The notes under the pieces were generated by a model, which worked only from the letters and a program-made list of their open reading frames with translations, ran no database searches and was not told the origin of the DNA. 64,000 bases of DNA from Hemiscyllium ocellatum (lineage: Eukaryota), in assembly GCF_020745735.1 (NCBI RefSeq), contig NC_083406.1, positions 94,775,164-94,839,163 on the forward strand, given 5' to 3'. The position numbers were made by a program, and so were the translations under genes. Of this stretch, positions 51,601-64,000 are shown one piece after another; position 1 is the first letter of the stretch, and every line of letters starts with the position of its first letter.

Positions 51601-51820
51601 ATTGGTATCTGTAATGCTAGCAACCATTCGAGGAGGCTAGACAGATCATCCACTCAAATTGTCCAACTGAAAATCGCTGGGAATGCTTCAGCTTCATCTT
51701 TTGCACTGATTTGTTGGGTTCTTCCATCATTAGGCACAGGGATATTTGTGGAGTCTCCTCTAGTGACTTGTTTAATTGTTCACGAACGTTCATGACTGGA
51801 TGTGGCAGGACTGTAGAGTT
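48615..51820 (-). mobile_element. CR1/L2-like LINE with a nested CR1 (about 49035-50250) and a nested Penelope-derived palindrome (about 50372-50588)
   Basis: Minus frame DKSNPANYRTIGLFSSISKVVEGVIN..FGFCQGHS..DL and KVRNVMEYSP; nested CR1 WNKLPEEIVEA; inverted arms of the palindrome are visible. Confidence 0.8.
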
Positions 51821-52399
51821 CAGATTTGGAAATTATTCAACAACAAAAAAAATGCCCTTTGCAGCATTCCAAATATAATATAGTTTCCTTACAATCTGCC
51901 TTCTCATTGCATATGCACTGCTCCCTTGATGCTCTGCACTTTGTCCCAACCAAAAACCTCTTCCCAATCCCCACACACTCATCAGCTTCTCATCCTCTTC
52001 CTCCACATTCATTCACATTTTCTTCTGTCACTTTGTCATCCCTACTAACTAACTGAGCAGCCCCTCTTCGTGAATCACTCCTCCATCACTGCTCAACTCC
52101 TCTCCTGCTCCACTCCAGTCACTGACACACCAAGAAGCCACCCTCACTGACTCACCTCTTAGTAATGTTGGACCTAACTGGAGGCTCAGGCTCCTCCCCA
52201 TCCAAGGCTTGCCAGACCCCTACTGCCATCCTAATACTTGAGCTACTCCTTCCAGTACCAGGTTCAAATTCCAAAAATACAAGGGCAGCAACAAGAGGGA
52301 ACTAGCCAGGAATGTCCCAGTCACTGTCCTGAAAAGCAGTGTCCTGGAGAACTAGCCAACAAGACACAGGACAAAATATAAAGTTACAAGAGAAGCCTA

Positions 52400-52800
52400 T
52401 AATGGACAAAGTGGTTAGTGACCCTTATCCTAACTCCAACATCGTACAAACATTGCCAAGTCAATAATGTGTGTTCTGGCTTAATCTCGATGACTGGATG
52501 GATGAAAGCCATATACACAAAGATATTCTGCATGGTGAACTGGCTACTGGATCATGGCTTCTTGGGTATCCATTCCTGCATTACAAGTTCACCTGCAAGC
52601 AAGACATGAAGATGGCTGACATAATTGTCATTAACTTTCAGTTATCAGTCGCTGATGTCTGTGATCTGGAGGCTGACTGTTTTGTCTGGCATTGGAAGAG
52701 AGAGGCACATAGGAGAAGTTCAGAAATAAAAACCAGAAGCCATCCACTTTCTGAACTCAATATTTCTCTGCAGCAAGTGCAGATTGCCATGCTGAAGGTC
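52400..52800 (+). mobile_element. RTE LINE 3' fragment
   Basis: MDESHIHKDILHGELATGS...YKFTCKQDMK. Confidence 0.7.
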
Positions 52801-53509
52801 CTGAGCTATGTCAGGCACTGGTTCACACAGTGCAGATCCTGAGAACCTACAATTAAAGATCATTGTCACAGAGTCACACAGCCCAGAAACAGACCCTTCG
52901 GTCCAACCAGTCCTTGCCAAATATACAGATAGTCCTCCTATAATGTAGTAGTTGCGATACCATACAAAGCCATGTAACAGAATATAAATAATGGGGCCTA
53001 TGAGAAAAACAAGGTTGGGGCAGACTATCAAAAAATTAGTAAAAATTGAAACAAAATAAGTAATTTAATGCAAATGGTAACACAGTCTAAGTAAATCTTT
53101 AAATCATATATTTTAATGAAATAATACAGTAGACTTAACATTGAAATCACTGACTACAGCACTGTACCTTTCACAAAGCTCTTCACCAGAAAGCATGCAA
53201 GCTCACTGACCACATCAGATGCTTATCCAGAAGTCCAGTCCTCCTCAAGATTCTCCCCCAGATTGAAGTAAAGTTCCTTCTAAACGTAGACTACAATTCC
53301 CAGTTTCGTGCTAAGTTTCAAGGCTTGCAACACCGATTGCATTCCTGTTTTAGCTGATCACACTGAATTTGTATTTCACAAACAAAGGATCCATAGGTTG
53401 GGTTTCACTGTTCAGCCAGTGTCAGGGGTAGAATTGTGTAACAGCAAACAGGAATTTGCTTTATAAATGGAAGTCCGCAAATCACAAATTAGAACAACTC
53501 CCTGTAATC

Positions 53510-53806
53510 CCAAACTAAACTAGTCCCATCTGCCTGCTCCTGGCTCATATCCCTCAAAGCCTTTCCTATTCATGTACTTATCCAAAAATCTTTTAAACAT
53601 TATAACTGTACCCACATCCACCACTTCCCTGGGAAGTTCATTGCACACACAAACCACCCTCTGTGTAAAAATAAATTGCCCACATGTCATTTTTAAATCT
53701 TTCACCTCACCTTAAAAATGTACCCCCTTGTTTTGACATCCCCCATCCAAGGAAAAAGACAACTGTCATTGACCCTAACTATACCCCTCATTACTTTATA
53801 AACTAT
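53510..53806 (-). mobile_element. CR1 3' fragment just upstream of the RFXAP promoter
   Basis: FTQRVVCVCNELPREVVDVG..FKRFLDKYMN. Confidence 0.85.
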
Positions 53807-53889
53807 GAATGATGAATAGTAAAGCCTAGCAGAAATGCTTCCAACAACTGACCATCCCACAATAGTGAAACCAAATAGCATTTCTCCAT

Positions 53890-54060
53890 TACCAAGATGG
53901 CCGCCACCCACGGGCGGGTGGATACCACGTGATCACAATAACACAGCAGCTGATTGGTGGGTACAGAAGAGGGGCGGGGAGTAACTGACATTCCACGGTG
54001 GTGTGCGCGACGAGATGTCCGGGCATGCGCAGTAATGTGCAGAGGCTGGGCCTCCGTGGG
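53890..54060 (+). promoter_or_regulatory. CpG-rich RFXAP promoter
   Basis: YY1-like CAAGATGGCCGCC 53893-53905; CACGTG 53926-53931; reverse CCAAT near 53953; GC box GGGGCGGGG 53971-53979; NRF1-like GCATGCGCA near 54023. Confidence 0.7.
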
Positions 54061-54098
54061 GGTTGTTTACAGTCGGAGGTCGCGGCGTGAATTTCGGG

Positions 54099-54626
54099 AT
54101 GAGTGAGGGGCAAAGCGAGCGCGATCGGGGCAGCCAGGGTGCTGTTGCCACCAGCACCACCACCACCACGCCGACGGCGGGCGTATCCCCTCACAGCGCC
54201 TGCCCCCTGGAGGTGACCACGGTGGCTATGGACGCGGCTCTCTTCGAAAGTAGTCAGGCAGGAGGAGCAGAGGAAGCCGTGCGGGCTCCTGATACTACAG
54301 AGAACTCCAGGCAGGCTAACGGGGAGGAGGAGGATGAGGAAGAAGGAGAAGACGAGGACGATGAAGAGGAGGAGGAGGAGGAAGAAGAAGAAGAGGAGTT
54401 GGAGGAGTTAGAAGATGAAGAGGAAGATGACGAAGATGAGGAGGAAGAGGATGAAGAGGAGGAAGAAAGCGGCCACAGCGAGACGGTGATCAGGAAATGT
54501 GTGTACCAGGATTGTACCGAAACCACCAACCTGGTGGCTAAACCTAGGAAGCCTTGGATGTGCAAAAAGCACCGCAACAAAACTTACAAGGACAAATACA
54601 AGAAGAAGAAGAGCGTTCAGGCTATG
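54099..54626 (+). CDS. RFXAP: RFXAP exon 1. Predicted CDS join(54099..54626,58305..58421,60778..60885), about 250 aa
   Basis: Acidic tract followed by CVYQDCTETTNLVAKPRKPWMCKKHRNKTYKDKYKKKKS, the RFXAP basic region. The 3' boundary is uncertain; the best phase-0 GT donor is ATG|GTCAGC. Confidence 0.85.
54324..54467 (+). repeat. Coding (GAR/GAY)n low-complexity tract, 48 codons, poly-Glu/Asp in RFXAP
   Basis: Read directly; 45 of 48 codons are E or D. Confidence 0.9.
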
Positions 54627-54729
54627 GTCAGCAGAAACAAAACTTATATGAGCATAAACTACATATGCTGTGCAAACAGTTATTTTAGGGTTTTATTTCC
54701 ACTCTGATTCTTTCTTGAAAGGTTACTGG

Positions 54730-56290
54730 GTTTCTTGAGAATTGCAGACCTTTGACCATTAGTAGAGGCAGAAGTGGACTAGTGGAGTTCCACATGGGTC
54801 AGTGGTGAGGCCACAACTATTCACGCTATTCATGAATGATTCGGATGAAAGATCTCCAGGCATTGTTGCTAAATTTGCAGATGCACACTAAGATAGGTGG
54901 AGGCACAAGTAGCATGAGGAAGGTGGGAATCTGCAGACGGACTTGGACAAGCTAAGAGAATGGGCAAAGAAGTGGCAAATGGAATACAGTGTGGGAAAGT
55001 ATGAGGTTATGAATTTTGGTAGGAAGAACAGAGGCATAGACTGTTTTCTAAACGGCGAAAGGCATTGGAAATCTGAGGACAAAGGGGCTTAAGGTTACTG
55101 TGCAGGTTCAGTTGGCAGTTCAGAAGGCAAATGCAGTTGTAGCATTCATTTCAAGAGGTTTAAAGTACAAGAGCAGAGATATACTGTCTCTGGTCAGATT
55201 GCATTTGGACTATTGTGAGCAGTTTCTGAATACTACCTGTCCCTCCAATCACCTGTGTATCATCTGCAAACTTAGCCACAATGCCCTTAGTTCCTTAGCC
55301 CAGATTATTAATGTGTAACATGAATAGCTGTGGTCCGTACATGGACCCCCTGTGGAACTCCACGAGTCAGCAGTTGCCATCCTGAAACAAACTCCCTGAT
55401 CTTGGCTCTTTGCCTTCTGCCAGTTACCTGGTCCTCTGTCAATGCCATTACAGTGCCTCAGCACCATGGGCCCTGAACTTATTTAGCAGCCTTCTGTGTG
55501 ACACCTTGTCAAAAGTCTTCCGGAAACCCATACAGATCATGAAATGTGTGGTGCCGTGTTTAGGTAAGGCAAATCAGGGCATCACTTATACACTTAACAG
55601 AACAAAGATATCTTGGAGTGCAAGTTCATAGTTCCTTGAAAGTGGAGCCACAGGTAGACAGAGTGGTGAAGAAGGCATTTGGTATGCTTGTCTTTATTGG
55701 TCAGTGCATTGAGGAGAGGAGATAGGAAGTCATGTTGCGGCTGTACAGGAGCAACTTTTGGATTACTGCATTCAATTCTGGTCTCTCTGCTATAGGAAAG
55801 ATATTGTAAAACCTGAATGAGTTCAGAAAGGATTTACAAGAATGTTACCACGAGTGGAGGGTTTGAGCTATACAGAAAGGCTGAATAGGCTGGGGCTACT
55901 TTCCTAGAGCATTGGAGGCTGGAAGGGTGACCTCAGAAAAATTTATAAGACCATAGATAGGATGAATAGCCAAGGTCTTTTCCCCAGGCTAGGGGAGTCC
56001 AAAACTAGAGGGCATAGGTTCAAGGTTAAAGATTTAAAAGGGACCACTTTTTCATGCAGAGGGTGATGCATGTATGGACTGAGCTGCCAAAGAAAGTTGT
56101 GAAGCTGGTACAATTACAACAGTTAAAAGACATCTGGATGGGTATACAAATAGGAAGGGTTTAGAGGGATATACGCCAAATGCTGGCAAATTGGACTAGA
56201 TTAATTTAGGATATCTGGCTGGCATGGACAAGTTGGACTTGGAGGGTCTGTTTCTATGCTATACATCTCTATGGCTCTATAACTCGACTG
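54730..56290. mobile_element. Cluster of CR1 fragments in RFXAP intron 1 (+, -, +)
   Basis: KFADAH and EWAKKWQMEY (+); inverted RT piece at about 55230-55540; 3' end with tail at 55540-56285. Confidence 0.8.
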
Positions 56291-58304
56291 AATAATATTT
56301 CCATTTCTTTCATCTTCCCGCAACTTTGTTTCTATCTTTCCTACTATTTGGCCTGTAGAATACACTCAGTAACATATAGTTCCTCTATTGTTTCTTCTAA
56401 TTATGATAACAGAAACTTTAGTGGCTCCTGCCCTAAAATTAGCAAATTTGTTGAATTCATGTTCTTGCGATGGTGAGAGTTGAACTTGTGATCACTAAAC
56501 TGTGGTACATTTAAAGTAATTTATTGGCTGGGCTGTAAAGTGCCTTCAGACTGCTAATGAAATGTAATATATATGATACTGTATAAATGTACATGTTTTT
56601 CTTTATACTCTTTGCTTGTTATCTGCATGTACTGGAGTAAGAAATTAAGTTAAATATCCCCATCCTTTACCCCTTCCAGCTCAGGGTTGTTGAGTCAGCT
56701 GTTGTGTATTGCCCAATACTCCAGACAGACCAGGAGTTACACTTGGCCAGTGATTTTGTTAATTGTGATGAGTTCTCAATCTCAATAACTTTGAAACAAA
56801 AATGCATAAGCATGAATGCAACTTCAAATAGTCTTGAATAATAAGCTTGAACTTCTTTATTTCCAGTCTTAATTTATAGTAATAATTTTTATTTGAAAGA
56901 TTTTTTTTATTCATTGATGGAATGTGAGCATCACTGACCAGTATTCATGGCCCATTCCTGCTTCCCCTTGAGAAGGTGGTGGTGATCTGCCTTCTTGAAC
57001 TGCTGCAGTCCACCTGCCTAATCCATCAAAAAAGTCCACTTTGCCTTTTACTGTACAAAAAAAAAGGTGTTTGCTGCTTTTCTGAATGCTGTATTCTAAT
57101 CCAACAACTTTCACGATCATCACATCTTGTACCAGCCCACAAATAACTAGATTTATTGAATTTCCAGCTCTTCATGCCAGCAATAACTGTGAAATAAACA
57201 TTGAACAGTTTTTCTTTTAAGTCAGTTCTGCACCAGATTCAGTAGTCAAAATGAGGCCACAGATGTTTGTTGTTATTTATGTTGAAATAGTGTCCACCTT
57301 CAGATAAGGAAAAATGGCATTGTTAAATACAAATAGCTAAATGTTATTGTCTGAGGTGCATCACTCAGCTGTTTGCTTTGTTTAAATGTTTTTTGTGGTT
57401 TTCCATACTACTGGTATACATTGAACATCATGCTTTGCCTTTTTAGCTGAGACAATAAACCAAGGTATTGTCTGCCATCTGAGGTGAATGTTAAAAAAAA
57501 GCCATGCACCCATTTCAGATAAGAGCCGAAGCATTTCCCTGTGTCCTGACCCTCACCAACATCATTTTAAAGAAGAATCTGGTCATTGTAATAATGCTGT
57601 TTGAGGATTTTATGGAAACTGGATGTCCATATGCTACATAATTATCTGTAAAGTATTTTGGGATATGCTGAAAAGGTGAAAGGTTCTACATAAATCCACG
57701 TTTGTTCATTATTTATATGTCAGATATTCACCACAGATACCTCAGTCCAGTGATTTATAAGTGTAAGCAAACCTTTAAAAGCATTAGATGTTATTAATTA
57801 CCATTTCATTGTCTCTGGCACTAAAAATTCAAATGTGGAGCCTCATTCCTTCAAGTTTAATTGTTGGTGATGTTTTAAACATCCTTCCTCTCTTTATTTT
57901 TCTTTCTGCACCAGATTTGACATTGATTTCACTGATTCTAACTTACAGTACCTTATAGGTCTTTATGGTGTTAATTTCATAATTCTTCAAATTGATTAAA
58001 GCGGTTTACAGTGCTTGTCTTATTCATTCACACCCCAGATGCCCTCTCCTGGACAGTGTCACATTATTGAAATCCTGCATTGTAGTGCACAATATCACTG
58101 CTTTGAAGCCAATTCATTTTTGATATGTTGAAGACTTGTGTTTTTAAGGATTGTGGAAAAAGAGGTCATGTCGGGTTTTGAACTGATAAACAGATTGATT
58201 CCCTTGAAAGAGATCAGTGAAAGGTCATTATGACCTGGAACAGTGACTAAATGGGATGTTTAATGGCAGATGATATTTTTTAATGTATTCTCATTTCTGA
58301 ACAG

Positions 58305-58421
58305 GATGATACAGATGAAAGACCTACATCTGCCACCAAACAACGTTTGAGATGTATGATAGTGCATCAAACGAGTCGTAAAGCAAGCCTCCTTGAGCAA
58401 GTTTTAAATCAAAAGAGATTG
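58305..58421 (+). CDS. RFXAP: RFXAP exon 2
   Basis: TTTCTGAACAG|; DDTDERPTSATKQRL...SLLEQVLNQKRL; donor TTG|GTGAGA, phase 0. Confidence 0.93.
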
Positions 58422-60777
58422 GTGAGACAGGAATTATTTGATTCTTTTATTTTGAGGAAAATATATGTTGTATTTTTTAAGTGATAAATCCTTGTCATAC
58501 CACTCTGTTCAAATATGATTCCATTTTTTTTCCATTTATGGAAGGTACTGTTCAGTACATTGTGTATATGCCACAGTTGCTGATCTATTGCGGTTGGGTG
58601 AACCCAGTCTGTAAAGTCCAATCAGTAATAAATGCTTGAAATTGTGAGTTTTACCTCCACAAATTTAAAGACAAACTGATGTGAACTCCATGGAAAATTG
58701 AATATTCTCCCGTTGAGCAGGATAGTTGAATTTTTACAAGGATTCTCCTATTTGTCTGCTGTAACTTTAGCAGTACAGCCTCAGAACCAGAATCACATAC
58801 CACGACCTCCGGCAAAAGACAAAGCTGGAACTTTGTATCTAATTTCAGCCAGAAATGCTGAGTCAGTGATCACTCAGCCTCCTCCTAAAGTCCCATTGAT
58901 ATAAATGCCAGTCTTCAGCTATGTTTCAATCGTGTGATTTGAAGACTTGGGTCTAGGCAATGTATTCTGTAAAAGTTATGGGCCCTGGCAAAAGTGCTTG
59001 AAGTTCTGTGGTCCAGAACTTCCTGTGCCTCAAGCTAATCTGTTTCAGTACAGCAACAACATAGCGTCTATCTGGCAATGTGGAAAATTGCTCAGGAAAG
59101 TCTTGTACTCAAAAAAAAGGGCAAATCCAAATCATACAATTACCTAACATTAGTCAGTTCTCACTTATCAGCAACATTATGCAAAGTGCCATTGACAGTG
59201 CTATCAAGCTGCACCTGTAAAGAAATAACCTGGTTTTTGATGCTCAGTTTATTTTCTACTAAAGCTACATAGCTCCTGAAATACTGAAGGTGAGGTGAGA
59301 GTGACTGCTTAAGATCAAGTCAGCATTTGACTGGGCATGGCATTAAGGAGCCCTACCAAGATTGAACTCAATGGAAATCAGAGGGCAAGCTTTTTACTGG
59401 TTGGAGTTGTACCCAGTTTATACGCTTAATATGCATAGCAAATACAGACAGACCGTTTTACCTTGGTAATGCAAATGCTTTCAGAAACTATCATCTGGAA
59501 CAAAATTGTCACTTAACTAACAGACAGGTCTATATTTATAAATGTACAGACATCTTCTAGAGCTGACAATTGGCAAGTAACATTCACACAACACAAGTAC
59601 CAGGCAATAACCATCTCCAGTGAGAAATGTTGCAGCAGTGTGTCTCATATACGTACTGTTCTGCAACAACTTATCAAGGTTCTTTTGATAGCATCTTCCA
59701 ATCCTGTGACCTCTACCAGTTGGAAGGATAAGGACAGCAGATACATGGCAACACCACCAGCATCTGCAAATTCCCTCCAAGCATCCTGACTTGAAACTGT
59801 TTCAATATTTTTAAATTAGGAATGAGTGAAAATCATGGCACTCCTTAAGAGCACTGCCAATGTATCTCCACCATATTGATTGCAATGATTCAAGAGTGCA
59901 GCTCATCAGCCTCTCCAGGGAATGGCAATAAATGGCCTAGTCAGCAGTGCCCACATAACAAGAATGAATAAAATTTTAAAAAAACTATTTATTTCTGATG
60001 TGGAAGTCTAACTGCAAACAAAAGACTGTTACTATGTCTAGACGTCCATTCTAATGCACACGTTCTAATGGGATGGTTATTGTATCAAATCAGGCTGCTC
60101 TGTTCTCAAGCTCACACTGAAAGGAGTTGGACACCTCGTGTTTTTTTTATGCTTGCCTTTTGTTGATGCAATGTAAGGCTAAACTGGGTAAGTACATAAG
60201 AAAGAAATGTTACAATGCAATGAAATAATGTGGCAGGTTTGTATAATGTATGGAAAGCTACACTGTTCCATTGAACTGAATGGCCTGTGCTGCTTATTCT
60301 TTAAATATGTTGTGCACATTATTGGATCAAAAATACTGTTCTAGATGGTTTGGATAGTTTGTCCATGAAACTTGTTTTATGAGTCCATTTGCCATGATAA
60401 TCAGTCAGTTAGTAAAGAAACAGATATTTCACAATGTATGTATGTTTGTAGGCTGTGTCCCAGCACTGCTTTGATTTGATCCTTTTAAACAAAAATAATT
60501 TTGCTTTCAGAAATGCTACGGAGTACCCAGTTTGAAGTGTTCAATCAGAAATGTGGCTGAAACACTAACATTTAGTTTCTATTCGTGGTCTTCAAGCTTA
60601 GCCTTCTGTTGTGAGCATGGGAGGAGAATTTGGTTTTTGCTGTGAAATATAGAATGGGAAGTTTGCAGACCAAAAATTCTACTTGAATTTAAAAAATTGT
60701 AATAGAGTACAAAAAAACTTCTATTGCAATAGTATTTGATAATATTTGATGAGTAATGCAATTATATTTATTTTTAG

Positions 60778-60885
60778 TCATTATTGAGAAGTCCAGAAGT
60801 TGTCCAGTTTCTACAACAGCAGCAACGATTGCTGAGCAACCAGGCCCTTGCTCAAAGGCAGCAGTTTCCAGAATCACCAATGTGA
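60778..60885 (+). CDS. RFXAP: RFXAP exon 3 (Gln-rich C-terminus)
   Basis: TTTTTAG|; SLLRSPEVVQFLQQQQRLLSNQALAQRQQFPESPM then TGA. Confidence 0.95.
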   Translation, partial: SLLRSPEVVQFLQQQQRLLSNQALAQRQQFPESPM

Positions 60886-63429
60886 TGCTTTCTTTGCAAA
60901 TAAGATGGTAATGTACAGGAGGATAATGCTAATGAAATGTCTGTAAGTCACTGAAGGTTTTCACATTTCAGCTGCTTTACTTCATTACTGTGAGAACAGA
61001 GTTTTCTAACACCATTTTGAAAAAAATGTTATTAATTAACCGTGGTGATTGTGATATTACCATATGAAAGGTATGCTTGTATTAAAGGTATGCTTGGATA
61101 TTTTTGAATATTCCTGATTGGTAATTTGACCCTGGATGACGATTGTGCAGATGAGGTTGAGGGATGATGGTATAAAATGGAGCAGTTTACTATTACAGGA
61201 CCCAGTCTTGTCACTGAGCATTTTCAAATTAGATACAGCAGCTGAGTGCGAAATAAAGCTCTGTTGCCCCTGCGCCATCAATGTACATCAGCCTAAACAA
61301 AAACTATCATTTACGTAATGTTGTATGTGAAGTCATCTGAGGAAGTATTGTGGTGGAGGTAGAAAATGTAGTGGATCCTGACTAAGCAAAAATGAGAAAA
61401 GTTGGAATAGCAAGTAGATTTTAAAAGAAGAGTCTATATGGCTTCTGAAAGCAGAAGGGTGTGGAAGGATTTCAAGAATACCTTTATTGTTTGGTACAAT
61501 ATAATGGAAAGTCTGTGGAGTATGTAAGGATATGTAAGGGTTGTAATGTTACAGAAAAGCACTGCTATAGTTTGTGTCTTCAAGCAAATTGCAAAATCTG
61601 AGCTGATTTCTGCTGTTCAGAATTTAAGGTTTGAACTATTCATTTTTTTTCTGGCTAGACCAGGTTTTTGTTCAAATTGCCCTGAAGATAGTGATGAATT
61701 GTCATTTTGAACTACTTAGTTCTTATTGTGTAGGAAATACTGTTAGGAAGGGAGTTCCAAAATTTTGACCCAGTGAAGGAATGACAATATAGTTCCAAAT
61801 CAAGGTGGTGAGTGGCTAAGAGGGGAATGACCATGTGGTGGTGTTCCTCAATATTTGTTCTTCTCCTTCTAAGTGATGGAGGTTGTGCTGTCATCTTACA
61901 AATCCTACTGATGTACATTCACTCCACACTCTTATTTTTAATTAACAAAGGTAAAGTTGGTTGCAGGCACTACATGAATAATCACAATGCAGACATTGTA
62001 GGAACAATGCTCTGCAGGATTAAAATTTTTCTTCTTCATCTCAATTTTTCAGCAGGTTCTTCCTCTTTTGCCTTCACATAGCCAGCCTTCCATTGTTATA
62101 AATAAATAATTATGGCATCCAAATAGAATACAAATGCTGTTTTACAGATGCAAGCATAATTTTTAATTCCCAGATGCCTCGCAGAGATTAAACACTGCAG
62201 TCAACTGTTATATTCATTCAGTTTGAAATTGGAAATGATTAGGTTAGAGGACATTTGAATTTCTAGAAATGTATGTTTACTAGATTATTAAATGTGTTAA
62301 ATACCTTCAAAAGTGATTTTGTTTGAAATTTTAATTACAATGTATTAAGCCTGGTCTTTAACAAATTTTGGAATATTGATTTTCAAATAAAGTATGGATA
62401 TGTAGCTTTTCGTGTCTGGTTTCTTTGTTAACTTCAAAGAAATAGGTTCTGACATTTTAATACTATCCTCTGGTTGTGTTGATGAGAAACTCCATTGTTA
62501 ATCTGTGATTCTTAAATTGTACTCCAGCCAGGGAAGCCTGGGAAGAATCATTATTGTGCAGACCTTAAAGCAGTCTATGTGATTAGCATAAAAATTTAGA
62601 CATCATTGTGCCGTTTGTTCACAGTAAGACATAAGCCACAATGTTTCTTCGCTGGAGTCTAATTACCCGCCCAGTCTCAATACAAACACACCCACATCTT
62701 GTACAACAGTACATCACTACTGATTAATAAGATGTTACTTAAGATGGTATATGAATGCAATCACCAAGCTCAATATTGTCTTAAGATATGGATTCTGGAG
62801 AGGATTTAATAGTGGAGACTTGTGATATTATTTTATTCCCTCTCTCATTACTATCATTTGTAGAGTCCTGGTATCTGAATGTGATGAATTAGTTTGCCAA
62901 ATCTAGGAATTTTCAGGTCTGCACAAATTGGTAACATAACCTAACTTCTGGATCAGTGGTGCTGGAAGAGCACAGCAGTTCAGGCAGCATCCAACGAGCA
63001 GCGAAACAGACGTTTCGGGCAAAAGCCTTTCCTCAGGAATAAAGCTAACTGCCTAACAATGGGATCAATTTTTCAGAGTATTGGAAACAATTGTTTTTAA
63101 TAACTAAACTAAAATAAAGAAATGCAGATGCTGGAGATCTGAAACAAAAACAGAAATTGCTGCATAAACTCAGCATGTCTGACAGCATGTCTGACAGCAT
63201 CTCTGGCACGGAAAAAAAAGCAGAACTAACATTTTGAGTCTAGTGACTTATCATCAGAAATTCTGATATATACATGTTCTCATCCAAACATCGGCTCCTG
63301 TTAAACATTCTTCAAGAAAAGGGCATGAAAGAGTTCAGGAGCAGACTTGGTCTATATGTGAGGGAATGTTGCCATTTGCGGATTGTGTCCAACAGTAATA
63401 CTGACACAAGGTGATCCTCATTGTTCATG

Positions 63430-63960
63430 AGTCAAAACATGTGGTGCTGGAAAAGCACAGCCGGTCAGGCAGCATCCGAGGAGCAGGAGGGTTGGAGTTT
63501 CGAACGTAAGCTCTTCATCAGGAATGGGGGGTGGGAAGGGGGCTTCCAAAGGGTCTGAGAGATAAATGGCTGGGGGGAATGTAGCTGGAAATGCGATGCG
63601 TGGATGACGATGAGGGGTGACGGTGATAGGTTGGAGTGCAGGGTGGAGCGAATAGGTGGGAAATAAGATGGACAGGTAGGACAGTTCAAGAGGGCGGTGT
63701 GCTGGGTTGGAGCGTTTAGATCTGGGATAAGGTGGGAGGAGGGGAGATCAAGAAACTGGTAAAATCAACATTGGGACCCTCCAACCACGTGCAGAAGTTG
63801 AGGTGTTCTTCCTCCAGGCATTGGGTGGCTAGAATTTGACAGTGGAAGAGGCCCAGGGCTTGCATGGCCTTGGCAGAGTGGGAGGGGGAGTTGAAGTGTT
63901 CAGCCTGAGGGTAGTGGGGTTGATTGGTGCCTGTGTACTGGAGATGTTCTAGGAACGAGG
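63430..63960 (-). mobile_element. Penelope-like element 3' part; related terminal fragments at about 62945-63045 and 63110-63270
   Basis: FLEHL...AEHFNSPSHSAKAMQALGL; terminal repeat with a CTGATGA...GAAA motif. Confidence 0.85.
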
Positions 63961-64000
63961 CTCTTAAATCATGTGTTTTCAAATAAACCTATTGGTCTAT

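Noticed and set aside
54254-54580. Minus-strand poly-Ser ORF
   Set aside because: It is the antisense shadow of the RFXAP acidic tract.
60511-60645. Alternative RFXAP terminal exon after TTGCTTTCAG
   Set aside because: The in-frame peptide has no similarity to RFXAP, and the true exon 3 is intact at 60778.
1-64000. CRISPR arrays, rRNA genes or prokaryotic operons
   Set aside because: The DNA is intron-containing vertebrate sequence, with no regular repeat-spacer arrays or rRNA-like sequence seen.

Overview
Vertebrate genomic DNA, almost certainly from a shark or related elasmobranch, inferred from HE1-type V-SINEs, HER1/CR1 LINEs and Penelope-like elements. There are three recognisable genes, in the order of the human chr13 CCNA1-SERTM1-RFXAP block. 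(1) An intact 8-coding-exon cyclin A1 gene (+, 11993-20136, 430 aa). (2) A SERTM1 homologue on the minus strand (33272-32925) that carries an in-frame stop and a 6-codon insertion in its transmembrane helix, so it is probably a pseudogene. (3) A 3-exon RFXAP gene (+, 54099-60885) whose apparent ancestral exon-1 donor reads ATGAGC rather than GTGAGC. Much of the remainder is transposon relics: CR1, another CR1/L2-like LINE, Rex1/Babar, RTE, an internally deleted L1 with both ends and TSDs, Penelope-like elements with hammerhead-ribozyme motifs, a solo LTR, a Harbinger transposase relic and a Tc1/mariner-type MITE. The most notable observations are a ccna1 promoter combining RFX X-boxes with a CCNA2-like CCAAT-CDE-CHR module, the SERTM1 lesions and strand flip, the RFXAP donor shift, and two small rearrangements that can be read directly from the sequence. 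I see no evidence of a wholly new multi-gene system. Homologue comparisons are from memory, not database searches, and repeat boundaries are approximate.
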